NCBI GenBank assembly: GCA_050954665.1
Contig: JBPBPC010000044.1
Location: forward strand, 18,402 to 82,401
Source of the DNA: Janthinobacterium lividum
Lineage (GTDB): Bacteria; Bacteroidota; Bacteroidia; Cytophagales; Hymenobacteraceae
Direction: 5' to 3'
Length of the DNA stretch: 64,000 nt
A model generated the notes under the pieces. That model saw only the letters and a program-made list of their open reading frames with translations. It did no database searches and was not told where the DNA came from. Positions within the stretch are counted from its first letter, which is position 1, and every line of letters begins with the position of its first letter. Position numbers and translations under genes: made by a program. Positions 53,912 to 62,218 of this stretch are shown piece by piece.

Positions 53912-55489
53912 TTATTCCACCACCAGAATGCGCGAGCCGGACTTGCTGTCCTCGCGCACCTGGCAATAATAGGCCCCGGCGGCGAGGCCGGCCAAGTCGA
54001 GCGGCAGTTGCTGGGCCCCCACGGCCAGGGCCCGGTCAAAGGCCACCTGCACCTGGCGGCCCAGCGCATCGAGCACCGCCACCTGCACGTGGCCGCCGGC
54101 GCTTTGGTAGGCCACGGTGGCCTGGCCACCGCGCGGCACGGGGTTGGGGTACACGCTGAACTCGGCCACCTGGGCGGTGCTGCCGGTAGCCAGCACCGCA
54201 GCCGGCCGCAGCACCGGCACGTACGGAAAGCTCTGGCCAAACAACGCCTGCAACGTGCTGGGCGCCACCTGGAACCAGTCTTGCAGAATGCTGGCGTAAA
54301 TGCTGCGGAAATCAAATTGCAGCGGAATGTTGTCGTTCACGCCGGCCGCGGCGGGCAGTTGGGGGTTGGCGCCGTGCACGATGGGGTTGACGCGGCTACC
54401 GAACACGAACAGCGGGGCCGCCGCGCCGTGGTCAGTGCCCAGGCCCGAATTGGACCGGATGCGCCGCCCAAACTCCGAGAACGTAAGGCCCACCACCCGC
54501 TCTTGCAGGCCCAGCCGCCCCAAGTCGTCCTGGAAGGCCGCTACGGCCTCGGCCAGCTTGCCCAGCAGGGCGGCGTGGGTGCCGCCGGTGGTGCTGCCCG
54601 TGGCCGGCACTTGCAGCGCGTGGGTGTCGAAGCCGCCCACGTTGCACACGTAGATGCGGGTGCTGAGGCCCCCGGCCACCAGCTGGGCCACAATTTTGAG
54701 CTGGTCGGCCAAGCCGTTCTGGCCGGCGGCGGGGTACAGCGGCGAGAGGTTTTTGGCCCGGCCCGCGGCCGCCTGGATGGTGGTGGTGTACACCTGCGTT
54801 TGGGCCACCACCTGGCGGATGAACGTCAGCTCGTGGCCGGCCGGCGTGGCGGGGGCCGCGTCTACGCCGCCGCTGAGCAGCTGGTAGAAGGAGGAAGTGC
54901 TGGCGATGGCCATGCCCATGTTCACGGCGGGGCCCTGCACGCAGTTGCTTACTACCGAGCCGATGGTGACGGCCAGCGGGTCGGGGTTTTGGGCGCTGGG
55001 GTAGCCGGTGGGAAAGCCGGGAAACTCGCCGTCGAGGTAGCGCCCGGCCCAGCCCGTGGCCAGCGTCACGTCCGACGACGAACCCGACGTCCAGATGTCG
55101 GTGGCCCGGAAGTGCGAAAAGTTGGGGTTAGGGTAGCCCACGCTTTGCACCACGCCCACCTGCCCGTTCTGGTACAAATTCTGGAGCGCCGCCATGGCCG
55201 GGTGGATGCCGGTGGCCGCCGTGAGGGGCAGCACGGCGGCTTCGGGCAGGGCAATGTTGCCGCGCGCCGCCATCAGGGCCGGATATTGGTCGCGCGGAAT
55301 GATCATGTTCAGCCCGTCGTTGCCGCCCTGCATCTGAATGATGACCAACACCTTGTCGGTGGCCGTGGTGGCGTTGGTCAGGGCCACCAGCTCGGGCGAG
55401 TAGCCGTAGGCCCCCACCGGCAGCCCGCCCAGCAGGGCCGCGCCCGCCGTGGCCGCCACGGTATTCTGTAAGAAGTCGCGCCGTTTCAT
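53912..55489 (-). CDS. DUF1501-family (sulfatase/alkaline-phosphatase-fold) protein with Tat signal and T9SS C-terminal sorting domain
   Basis: Trimmed to ATG 55489. Tat signal: MKRRDFLQNTVAATAGAALLGGLPVGAYG. DUF1501 blocks: FSEFGRR, GTDHGAAAPLFVFG. C-terminal ~85 aa resemble a T9SS type-A CTD: FSVYPNPVPRGG..VAVLDALGRQV..LAAGAYYCQV..SRILVVE. Confidence 0.8.
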   Translation of the reverse strand: MKRRDFLQNTVAATAGAALLGGLPVGAYGYSPELVALTNATTATDKVLVIIQMQGGNDGLNMIIPRDQYPALMAARGNIALPEAAVLPLTAATGIHPAMAALQNLYQNGQVGVVQSVGYPNPNFSHFRATDIWTSGSSSDVTLATGWAGRYLDGEFPGFPTGYPSAQNPDPLAVTIGSVVSNCVQGPAVNMGMAIASTSSFYQLLSGGVDAAPATPAGHELTFIRQVVAQTQVYTTTIQAAAGRAKNLSPLYPAAGQNGLADQLKIVAQLVAGGLSTRIYVCNVGGFDTHALQVPATGSTTGGTHAALLGKLAEAVAAFQDDLGRLGLQERVVGLTFSEFGRRIRSNSGLGTDHGAAAPLFVFGSRVNPIVHGANPQLPAAAGVNDNIPLQFDFRSIYASILQDWFQVAPSTLQALFGQSFPYVPVLRPAAVLATGSTAQVAEFSVYPNPVPRGGQATVAYQSAGGHVQVAVLDALGRQVQVAFDRALAVGAQQLPLDLAGLAAGAYYCQVREDSKSGSRILVVE

Positions 55490-55500
55490 GGTTCTGGCTT

Positions 55501-57180
55501 TTAGCTTAAATGATATTCCGCCAGGCCCATTAGCGAGCGCAGCATGGCTTGCAGCTTGGTGGTAACGGCCGCCTTTTTGGCGGCCACGGTGGGCGTGGCG
55601 GCGTAGGCCGTCCACTCGTTGGTCCACTCGAAGTCGGGCAGGCCGGGGATGAGGGCATTTTTAAGAAAAGCCAACTGGGTCGCCGTCAAATCAATGGGCA
55701 CCATCAGGTGCACAAACTCGGCCACGACCAGGTTGGGGTCCGACGCCGTGGCCGGGGGCAGGGCCAGCACCAGGGCCACGGGGTCGATTTTGGCCAGCAC
55801 GCCGCCGCGCGAAACGCCGTTGCCGATGTACAAGTCGGTGGCTTGGTTGCGGCGGGGCAGCGTCACGGCGTTGATCCACAGCTCGTGGAACTGCGGCGTT
55901 TGGTAGTAGGCGGCCCAGCCGGCCACGTTGGGCGGGTCGCCCAGGGTTTGCTGCTGCACCAGGGCCAGGCCGTAGAGGTACTCCCAGTGGGCGTACTGCG
56001 CCACCGGGCTGCTGGCCGGCGGAAACGCCACCTGCATTTGCCGCACCAGGCCCACCGTGAAATCGAGCGGGCTTTTGATGCGGCAGCCCACGGCGGCCAC
56101 GTCGAAGAAGTGCTCCGAGCCGAAGAGCTTGCGCAGCACGGGCGCTACCTCGAAATTGCTTTGGATGAGCAGCGCAGCCAGGGGCTGAACGACGTTGGTT
56201 TCCGTCTGCGTATCAATCAGGTAGTACACAAACCAGCGGTAGAGCTTGCGCACCAGGAACCGCGCCGTTTCGGCCTGCGCGAAGATGAGGTTGATCAAAT
56301 CCTGGTACTCGGCGGCCCCGTTGGGCGCGATGGCGGCGTTGCCGAAGGCGCCCGAGAATTGCTTGGGCTTGGCGTCGTGCCGGCCGGCGGTGAAGTAGCC
56401 GGCAATTTTCACGTTGTCGTCGCGCCAGCCGGTGAGCACCCGGGCGGCGGCCTGCACGTCGGCCTCGGTGTAGTTGGTGTAGTTGCCCGCGCCAATCAGG
56501 GGCCCCTTGCCCACGGTGAACAGTTCCAGCAGCTCGCGGCCGTAGTTCTCGTTGGGGGCCCCCACCACGCTCTGGTTGCCGTTGAGGTAGCGCAGCATGG
56601 CCGGGGTAACGGTCACGTCCTTGGCCAGTTGGCGGATGTTGCCCAGCGCGTGCTGGCGCAGCAGCCGCACGTATTCGTAGCCGTAGCGGGCATCGTTCAG
56701 GTCGCCAAATTCCACCACGAAGTGGTTGTGCCAAAACAGCGTCATCTGCTCGCTCAGCGACGTGGTTTGGCCCAGCTGCTGGCCCAGCCACCAGTCGCGC
56801 AGCGACGCCGCGCGCACGCCCTGCACGGTTTGGTCGAAGGCCTGCGCCACCCACGTCTGGCCAATGGGCACGCTCGCGTCGGTGGCCGCCACGTTCAGGG
56901 GCGGGGGCGGGGCGGTGGGGGCCGTCAGCAAGCCGTCGAGCGTGGGCCCCAAGCCCGCGGCGGCGGCCGTGGTTATTTCCGTTCGGGTGGGCCCAAACAG
57001 CGTGCGCCGCAGCAGGTGCGCGGCCTGGGCGGGGCCCCAGGGCCCCGCGTAGGCGGCCAGGGTTCCGGCGGCGGTGCCGGCCAAGTGCAGCGGCAGCCGT
57101 TGGTTGGCGTGGGGGCTGACGGCCTCGGGCGCCGGGGGCGCCGGGGCCCCGGGGCGCTGGAGAAAGGAACGGCGGTTCAT
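55501..57180 (-). CDS. DUF1800-family protein
   Basis: Trimmed to ATG 57180 (MNRRSFLQRP..). DUF1800 block: MTLFWHNHFV. There is an 11-nt gap to the DUF1501 gene (the usual pairing). Confidence 0.8.
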   Translation of the reverse strand: MNRRSFLQRPGAPAPPAPEAVSPHANQRLPLHLAGTAAGTLAAYAGPWGPAQAAHLLRRTLFGPTRTEITTAAAAGLGPTLDGLLTAPTAPPPPLNVAATDASVPIGQTWVAQAFDQTVQGVRAASLRDWWLGQQLGQTTSLSEQMTLFWHNHFVVEFGDLNDARYGYEYVRLLRQHALGNIRQLAKDVTVTPAMLRYLNGNQSVVGAPNENYGRELLELFTVGKGPLIGAGNYTNYTEADVQAAARVLTGWRDDNVKIAGYFTAGRHDAKPKQFSGAFGNAAIAPNGAAEYQDLINLIFAQAETARFLVRKLYRWFVYYLIDTQTETNVVQPLAALLIQSNFEVAPVLRKLFGSEHFFDVAAVGCRIKSPLDFTVGLVRQMQVAFPPASSPVAQYAHWEYLYGLALVQQQTLGDPPNVAGWAAYYQTPQFHELWINAVTLPRRNQATDLYIGNGVSRGGVLAKIDPVALVLALPPATASDPNLVVAEFVHLMVPIDLTATQLAFLKNALIPGLPDFEWTNEWTAYAATPTVAAKKAAVTTKLQAMLRSLMGLAEYHLS

Positions 57181-57406
57181 GGGCGCGCGGAAAAAGTGGA
57201 CGCGGGGTTTTTTTAAAGATGGCGCAAACGAGTGAAGGTTTAATGATGAAGAAGTTATGAGCAAAACGGCGATTCTAGGCAGTAATAGCAGTGGCCCATG
57301 TCTGGCTAAAGGTGGGCTTGCTGGGGCCCCGGGCAGGGCCAGCGCAGCCTTTATCCAGGCTGGAAGCGATACCTTCGGTGTCGGCACTTTCTTTCCTGCC
57401 CCAGCC

Positions 57407-58096
57407 ATGAAAAAGCACTTCCACTCCCTCAGCGACTGGCGCCGCAACGTGTTGTTGGTGGCCGCCGGCAGCCTCGGCCTCGGCTTACCCGCCTGCTCGG
57501 GCGATGGCAACTCGGGCAGCCGCGGCGCCGCCAGCAACGGTGCCGATGGCAACTGGAGCGGCCAAACCTACAGCCAGGGCGTCATCACCGAGATGACCGA
57601 GGTGAAGCCCGGCGAATGGAAAATTACCGCCGAGCGCCCCGCCGGCAAGGAGGAAGTGGCCGCCGTACTTCACCACTTCGACGGCAAGGTGGACACCCTC
57701 CAGGGCCAGGCCCTGCAACGCCAGATGCAGGACTACGGCCGCCAAAACCCCGAGAACCGTGCGCAAAACTCGGGCCTGATGAACGTGCTGATGTGGAGCG
57801 GCATCGGCTACATGGCCGGCCGCTACCTGACGCCCAACCCCGGCTACTACGCCAACCCCGGCCTGCTTCAGCAAAACCAAAACTGGCGCGCCAACGTGGC
57901 CCGCGAGCGCCAAGACCAGGGCCGCGGCTTCTTCGGCCGTGGCTTCAGCGGGGCGCGCACCTCGGCCAACGCCGGCATCCAGGAAAGCGGCTCCACGGTG
58001 CGCGCCTCGCCGCGGCCCAGCTTCCGTAGCAGCGCCCCGGCGGGCCGCAGCAGCGGCTTCGGCAGCCGCGGCGGCTTTCGCGGGTTTGGCGGATAA
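57407..58096 (+). CDS. Lipoprotein resembling YgiB/YjfM (DUF1190-like) with RG/FG-rich tail
   Basis: Trimmed to ATG 57407 (lipobox LGLGLPAC). Central region GLMNVLMWSGIGYMAGRYL and tail ..GRGFFGRGFSG..SSGFGSRGGFRGFGG recall E. coli YgiB (..WMPLMAGYMMGRLMGG.. TRGGFGES..). The assignment is from memory. Confidence 0.6.
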   Translation: MKKHFHSLSDWRRNVLLVAAGSLGLGLPACSGDGNSGSRGAASNGADGNWSGQTYSQGVITEMTEVKPGEWKITAERPAGKEEVAAVLHHFDGKVDTLQGQALQRQMQDYGRQNPENRAQNSGLMNVLMWSGIGYMAGRYLTPNPGYYANPGLLQQNQNWRANVARERQDQGRGFFGRGFSGARTSANAGIQESGSTVRASPRPSFRSSAPAGRSSGFGSRGGFRGFGG

Positions 58097-58173
58097 ACCC
58101 ATTTTGCTATCCTGAAGTGGATAATCAGAAAGCACATCTTCTTACTCAGGATTGTAGTGGGGGGCAATGGATA

Positions 58174-58353
58174 ATGCCGGGGTTTAGTGCCCTACTGTTT
58201 CTGCTGGCGTCTCCTGTGTTATTTTTTGGTGGCAACCCAGCTTTTAGTCTAATCTGGACACTAGGCCTGATGGCCATAAATGCGCCATCATTTTTATGGC
58301 CTGTGTACACAGTGTATATCAATGCCGAAGGGTTCAGGATTGAAGCACCCTAG
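58174..58353 (+). CDS. Possible small two-TM membrane protein (59 aa) in AT-rich island
   Basis: ATG 58174: MPGFSALLFLLASPVLFFGGNPAFSLIWTLGLMAINAPSFLWPVYTVYINAEGFRIEAP. Two hydrophobic segments. There is no homology support, and it overlaps the opposite-strand ORF by 60 nt. Confidence 0.3.
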   Translation: MPGFSALLFLLASPVLFFGGNPAFSLIWTLGLMAINAPSFLWPVYTVYINAEGFRIEAP

Positions 58354-58626
58354 CGCAAAAGCACTTTTTATTCCATCGATGAATTTGTTGAAGTAAGTGT
58401 TGTCGATGCGTTTACCAAAGTCAATACCTGCCTGAAATTCAGGGATGGCAAGCGATACAGGGTTGCTCTTGCGTGGGGATTTCAGCAGAGCATCAAGCTC
58501 GCTTTCTTTGACGGTCCACCCTTTACAGAAACCAAGAAGGCGGCGAACAAACAGATAAGAGATGCAATAGCAGCGCAGCAACTTACTTGAACAATTCTTT
58601 AAAAATATGAGCTTGTCCAAAGTCAA
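58294..58626 (-). other. Unassigned ORF without ATG start in AT-rich island (possible gene remnant)
   Basis: The 110-codon frame starts at TTG and overlaps the ATP-grasp start. The middle part (WTVKESELDALLKSPRKSNPVSLAIPEFQAGIDFGKRIDNTYFNKFIDGIKSAFA) reads like real protein. No family recognised. Confidence 0.2.
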
Positions 58627-59809
58627 TACAATAGCGCTAAGTGGCGACGTCGCCCCCGCCGTGCGCGCCCTGGGCTGGGACTGGGCCCTGGAGGACGCCT
58701 GCCAGCACTACGTAGCCCGCGAAGCCGTGCAGCTCGCCGAGGCCGACGCCGAAACGCTGCTCCAAGCGGCCGATGCGCTGTACGACATGCTGGTGGCGGC
58801 CATTCCCGACCCCATTCCCGACGCGTTTTTGCAGCAATTGGCCATTGCGCCCAACCTGTGGGAGGCCGTGCGCCACTCCTGGAACGACGAGCGCCACTGG
58901 CACCTCTACGGCCGCTTCGACCTGGCCCTCACCGCCGAGGGCCCCAAGCTGCTGGAATTCAACGCCGACACCGCCACCGGCCTGCCCGAAGCTGCTGTGG
59001 TGCAGTGGGCCAGCCTGGTGGCCGCCGGCCAGTCGGGCGACGACCGCCAGGCCAACGGCCTTTTTGAATGCCTCGAAGACCAATTCCGTCACTGGCGCGC
59101 CCTCAACAACGACCGCCGGGCCACCTTGCTGCTTGTGCACCTGCCCGGCAGCGCCGAGGACGCAGCCAACTGCGGCGTGCTGGCCGAAGCCGCCCGCACC
59201 GCCGGCTTTGCCGACACCTACGTGTGCTCGGTTGACGACGTGAAAGTGTCGGTGGACGGCGCCGACCGCGGCGTGTGGGCCGAAACCGTGCCCGGGCAGT
59301 GGCAGCGGTTCGACTTCTTGTTCAAGCTCGTGCCCTGGGAAATAGTAGCCGACGAGGAGCCCGCCCTGCTGGCCGACCTCACCTACCTGCTGCTCACCCG
59401 CGACGTGGTCATCGCCAACCCTGCCTACGCCTTGTTGTTCCAGAGCAAGGCCCTGCTGGCCCGCCTTTGGGAAGTGTTTCCGCACCACCCGCTGCTGCTC
59501 GAAGCCAGCCTGGGGCCCCTGCTCGGCCACCACGTGCGCAAGCCGCTGCTGGGCCGCGAGGGCCAAAACGTGGCCGAAGTAGGGCCCGACGGCCGCCCCG
59601 CCGCCGAAGTGCCCGGCGAATTTGGCGACCAGCCCACGCTGCACCAGCGCTGGGCCGAGCTGCCCACCGACGCCCAGGGCCGACGCTACCAGGCCGGCGT
59701 GTTCTGGGCCGGCGAGGCCTGTGCCATTGGCTTCCGGCGCGACGCCGGGCTGATTACGAACCTGTCGGAATTCGTGCCGCACGTTTTGGTTGAAGACGCC
59801 ACGACTTAA
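58607..59809 (+). CDS. Glutathionylspermidine-synthase-like ATP-grasp protein (YgiC/YjfC type)
   Basis: 400 aa. Blocks shared with E. coli YgiC as I recall it: LYGRFDLA..GPKLLEFNADTATGL, FKLVPWE, NKALLxxLWExFPxHPxLL (here SKALLARLWEVFPHHPLLL), KPLLGREGQNV, FVPHVLVE. Confidence 0.85.
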   Translation: MSLSKVNTIALSGDVAPAVRALGWDWALEDACQHYVAREAVQLAEADAETLLQAADALYDMLVAAIPDPIPDAFLQQLAIAPNLWEAVRHSWNDERHWHLYGRFDLALTAEGPKLLEFNADTATGLPEAAVVQWASLVAAGQSGDDRQANGLFECLEDQFRHWRALNNDRRATLLLVHLPGSAEDAANCGVLAEAARTAGFADTYVCSVDDVKVSVDGADRGVWAETVPGQWQRFDFLFKLVPWEIVADEEPALLADLTYLLLTRDVVIANPAYALLFQSKALLARLWEVFPHHPLLLEASLGPLLGHHVRKPLLGREGQNVAEVGPDGRPAAEVPGEFGDQPTLHQRWAELPTDAQGRRYQAGVFWAGEACAIGFRRDAGLITNLSEFVPHVLVEDATT

Positions 59810-59829
59810 ACTGTGGCCAAGCCGGGCAG

Positions 59830-59878
59830 AACATTCGCAAAAGAAGCCACTCAACGAGTGGCTTCTTTTGCGAATGTT
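59830..59878. terminator. Bidirectional hairpin between convergent genes
   Basis: Perfect 23-bp stem AACATTCGCAAAAGAAGCCACTC / GAGTGGCTTCTTTTGCGAATGTT with a 3-nt loop. Confidence 0.75.
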
Positions 59879-59897
59879 GAAACGATAGGGCTATGGT

Positions 59898-60560
59898 TCA
59901 GACCTTCAACTGGCAAATCACGGTTTCGCCGCCTTTCACTTTTTGGCCGAGTTCTACTTTCACCTCGGCGTCGATGGGCACGAACAAATCGACGCGCGAG
60001 CCGAACTTGATGAAGCCAAATTCTTCGCCTTGGTTCACTTCGTCGCCTTCGTTCACGTACCACACAATGCGGCGGGCCATGGCCCCGGCAATTTGCCGGA
60101 AGAGTACCAAGGGACCCGCGTCGCTTTCCACCACCACGGTGGTGCGCTCGTTTTGGGTGCTGCTTTTGGGGTGCCAGGCCACCAGGTAGTTGCCGGGGTG
60201 GTACTTAAAGTACTTCACCATGCCCGAAATGGGGTTGCGGGTTACGTGCACGTTGATGGGCGACATGAACACGCTGATTTGCTTGCGCATGTCTTCAAAG
60301 TATTCGGGCTCGTACACGTCCTCGATTACTACTACTTTGCCGTCGGCCGGGGCCAGCAGCAGGTCTTCGTGGGTGAAGAGGTGGCGGAACGGGCTGCGGA
60401 AAAACTGGAGCAATGCCAAAAACGCCACCACCGAAACCCCAGCAAAGATGCGGTTGAAGAGCACCGCCCCCCGGTTGAACTGGTAGAGGGCTAAATTCAG
60501 GGCCAGCAGCACCAAAACGGTTACGAACAGGATGCGACGGCCTTCTTTGTGTACTTTCAT
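59898..60560 (-). CDS. psd: Phosphatidylserine decarboxylase family protein (short Bacteroidetes type)
   Basis: 220 aa. N-terminal TMs, and the self-cleavage region GFIKFGSRVDLFVP. Confidence 0.9.
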   Translation of the reverse strand: MKVHKEGRRILFVTVLVLLALNLALYQFNRGAVLFNRIFAGVSVVAFLALLQFFRSPFRHLFTHEDLLLAPADGKVVVIEDVYEPEYFEDMRKQISVFMSPINVHVTRNPISGMVKYFKYHPGNYLVAWHPKSSTQNERTTVVVESDAGPLVLFRQIAGAMARRIVWYVNEGDEVNQGEEFGFIKFGSRVDLFVPIDAEVKVELGQKVKGGETVICQLKV

Positions 60561-60688
60561 AAAGCGCAGATTTTGCAGGGTATGCGGATTTCGCAGCGTG
60601 CAAAATCAAGGTTGAAGAGGGAGTAAATGGCTTAACGGTAACCAGGGGAAACTAGGTTGCACGGGCCGAAAATTACGGCCAAATGCAG

Positions 60689-60720
60689 AAACGGCACGGA
60701 CCAGGGGCCCGTGCCGTTTT
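60689..60720. terminator. Hairpin downstream of the glutamate dehydrogenase gene
   Basis: AAACGGCACGG / CCGTGCCGTTT with a 9-nt loop containing GGGGC. The T-run is on the plus side, so orientation is ambiguous. Confidence 0.5.
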
Positions 60721-60801
60721 CGTAAGGAAAGCGCGACCGTAATACACGGCCCCAGGGCCTTAAAAATCAGCGCAATCCACTGGGGCAGTAAAAGCCGCGG
60801 C

Positions 60802-62088
60802 TTAGAAGCCGCCGCGGAACTTATAGGTCTGGGCCACCTTGTCGATGGCCACCACGTAGGCCGCGATGCGCAGCGAAATGTTGTATTTCAGGCTGGTTTG
60901 GTACACTTTCTCGAAGGCGTCGCTCATGATGCGGTCGGCACGCTCGGTTACCATCTCTGCGGTCCACTTGAAGCCCTGCTTGTTCTGCACCCACTCGAAG
61001 TAGCTCACCGTCACGCCGCCCGAATTGGCCAGAATGTCCGGCACCACCGAAATGCCTTTCTCGTAAATGATGGGGTCGGCCGACGCGGCTGTGGGGCCGT
61101 TGGCACCTTCCACAATCAGCTTGGCCTTGATGTAAGGGGCGTTGTGCTCGGTGATTACATCTTCTACCGCCGCGGGCACCAGCACGTCCACGTCCGAAAT
61201 AAGCAATTCGTCGGGGTCGATGGGAGTAGCGCCGGGGAAGCCTTCAAGCTGGCCGTTGTGGGCGTTTTTGTAGGCAATGGCCTCGTCGATGTTGATGCCA
61301 TTGTCGTTCCAGTACGCTCCCGATATATCCGACACGGCCTTTATTTTCAAGCCCTTGTCGAACATCAGCTTGGCCGTCCAAGAGCCCACGTTGCCGAAGC
61401 CCTGAATGGCCACCGACGTGTCCTCAATTTTCATGTCCAGCTTGACCATCGCGGCCAGGCACGACACCATCACGCCACGGCCGGTGGCCTCGGTGCGGCC
61501 CAGCGAGCCGCCCATCACCAGGGGCTTGCCCGTCACGACGGCCGAAGACGTCATGCCCACGGTCTTCGAGAATTCGTCCATCAGCCACGCCATTTCGCGG
61601 GGCCCCGTGCCCATGTCGGGGGCCGGAATGTCGCGGTCGGGCCCGAACACGTCCTTGAGGGCCAGCGTGTAGGCGCGGGTCATGCGCTCAATTTCGCCGG
61701 CGCTCATCGTGGTCGGGTCGCAGATAATGCCGCCTTTGGCGCCACCGTAAGGAATGTCCACCACGGCGCACTTCCAGGTCATCCAGGCCGCCAGGGCCTT
61801 CACCTCGTCGAGGTACACGTTTTTGTCGTACCGGATGCCGCCTTTCGAGGGGCCCAAGATGGTGTTGTGAATGACGCGGTAGCCCTCGAACACGCGCACC
61901 TTGCCGTTGTCCATCGTGACGGGGATGTGCACGATTACCTGCTTGTCCGGGGTTTTGAGGACGTTGTAGGTCTCTTCGTCGAGGCCGAGGATTTCGGCGG
62001 CAACGTTGAAGCGGGACATCATCGATTCCAGCGGGTTTTCGCGGTCGATGAGGGGCGCGGGCTCTTTATAAACGGTATGGGCAGCCAT
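60802..62088 (-). CDS. Glu/Leu/Phe/Val dehydrogenase family protein (glutamate dehydrogenase)
   Basis: 428 aa. Catalytic Lys region: PYGGAKGGI. Dinucleotide fold: VAIQGFGNVGSW. Confidence 0.9.
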   Translation of the reverse strand: MAAHTVYKEPAPLIDRENPLESMMSRFNVAAEILGLDEETYNVLKTPDKQVIVHIPVTMDNGKVRVFEGYRVIHNTILGPSKGGIRYDKNVYLDEVKALAAWMTWKCAVVDIPYGGAKGGIICDPTTMSAGEIERMTRAYTLALKDVFGPDRDIPAPDMGTGPREMAWLMDEFSKTVGMTSSAVVTGKPLVMGGSLGRTEATGRGVMVSCLAAMVKLDMKIEDTSVAIQGFGNVGSWTAKLMFDKGLKIKAVSDISGAYWNDNGINIDEAIAYKNAHNGQLEGFPGATPIDPDELLISDVDVLVPAAVEDVITEHNAPYIKAKLIVEGANGPTAASADPIIYEKGISVVPDILANSGGVTVSYFEWVQNKQGFKWTAEMVTERADRIMSDAFEKVYQTSLKYNISLRIAAYVVAIDKVAQTYKFRGGF

Positions 62089-62218
62089 GATTAATAATGG
62101 GGTTAATGAAGGTTGTTGGGTGGGATAAAGGAAGTACGTTTTGGCGGCGCAAAGGTACTGACTCTGCCCCGTATACGAACGATTGTTAGTATAGTATAGC
62201 TCCGCCGCCGCTCCGCAA

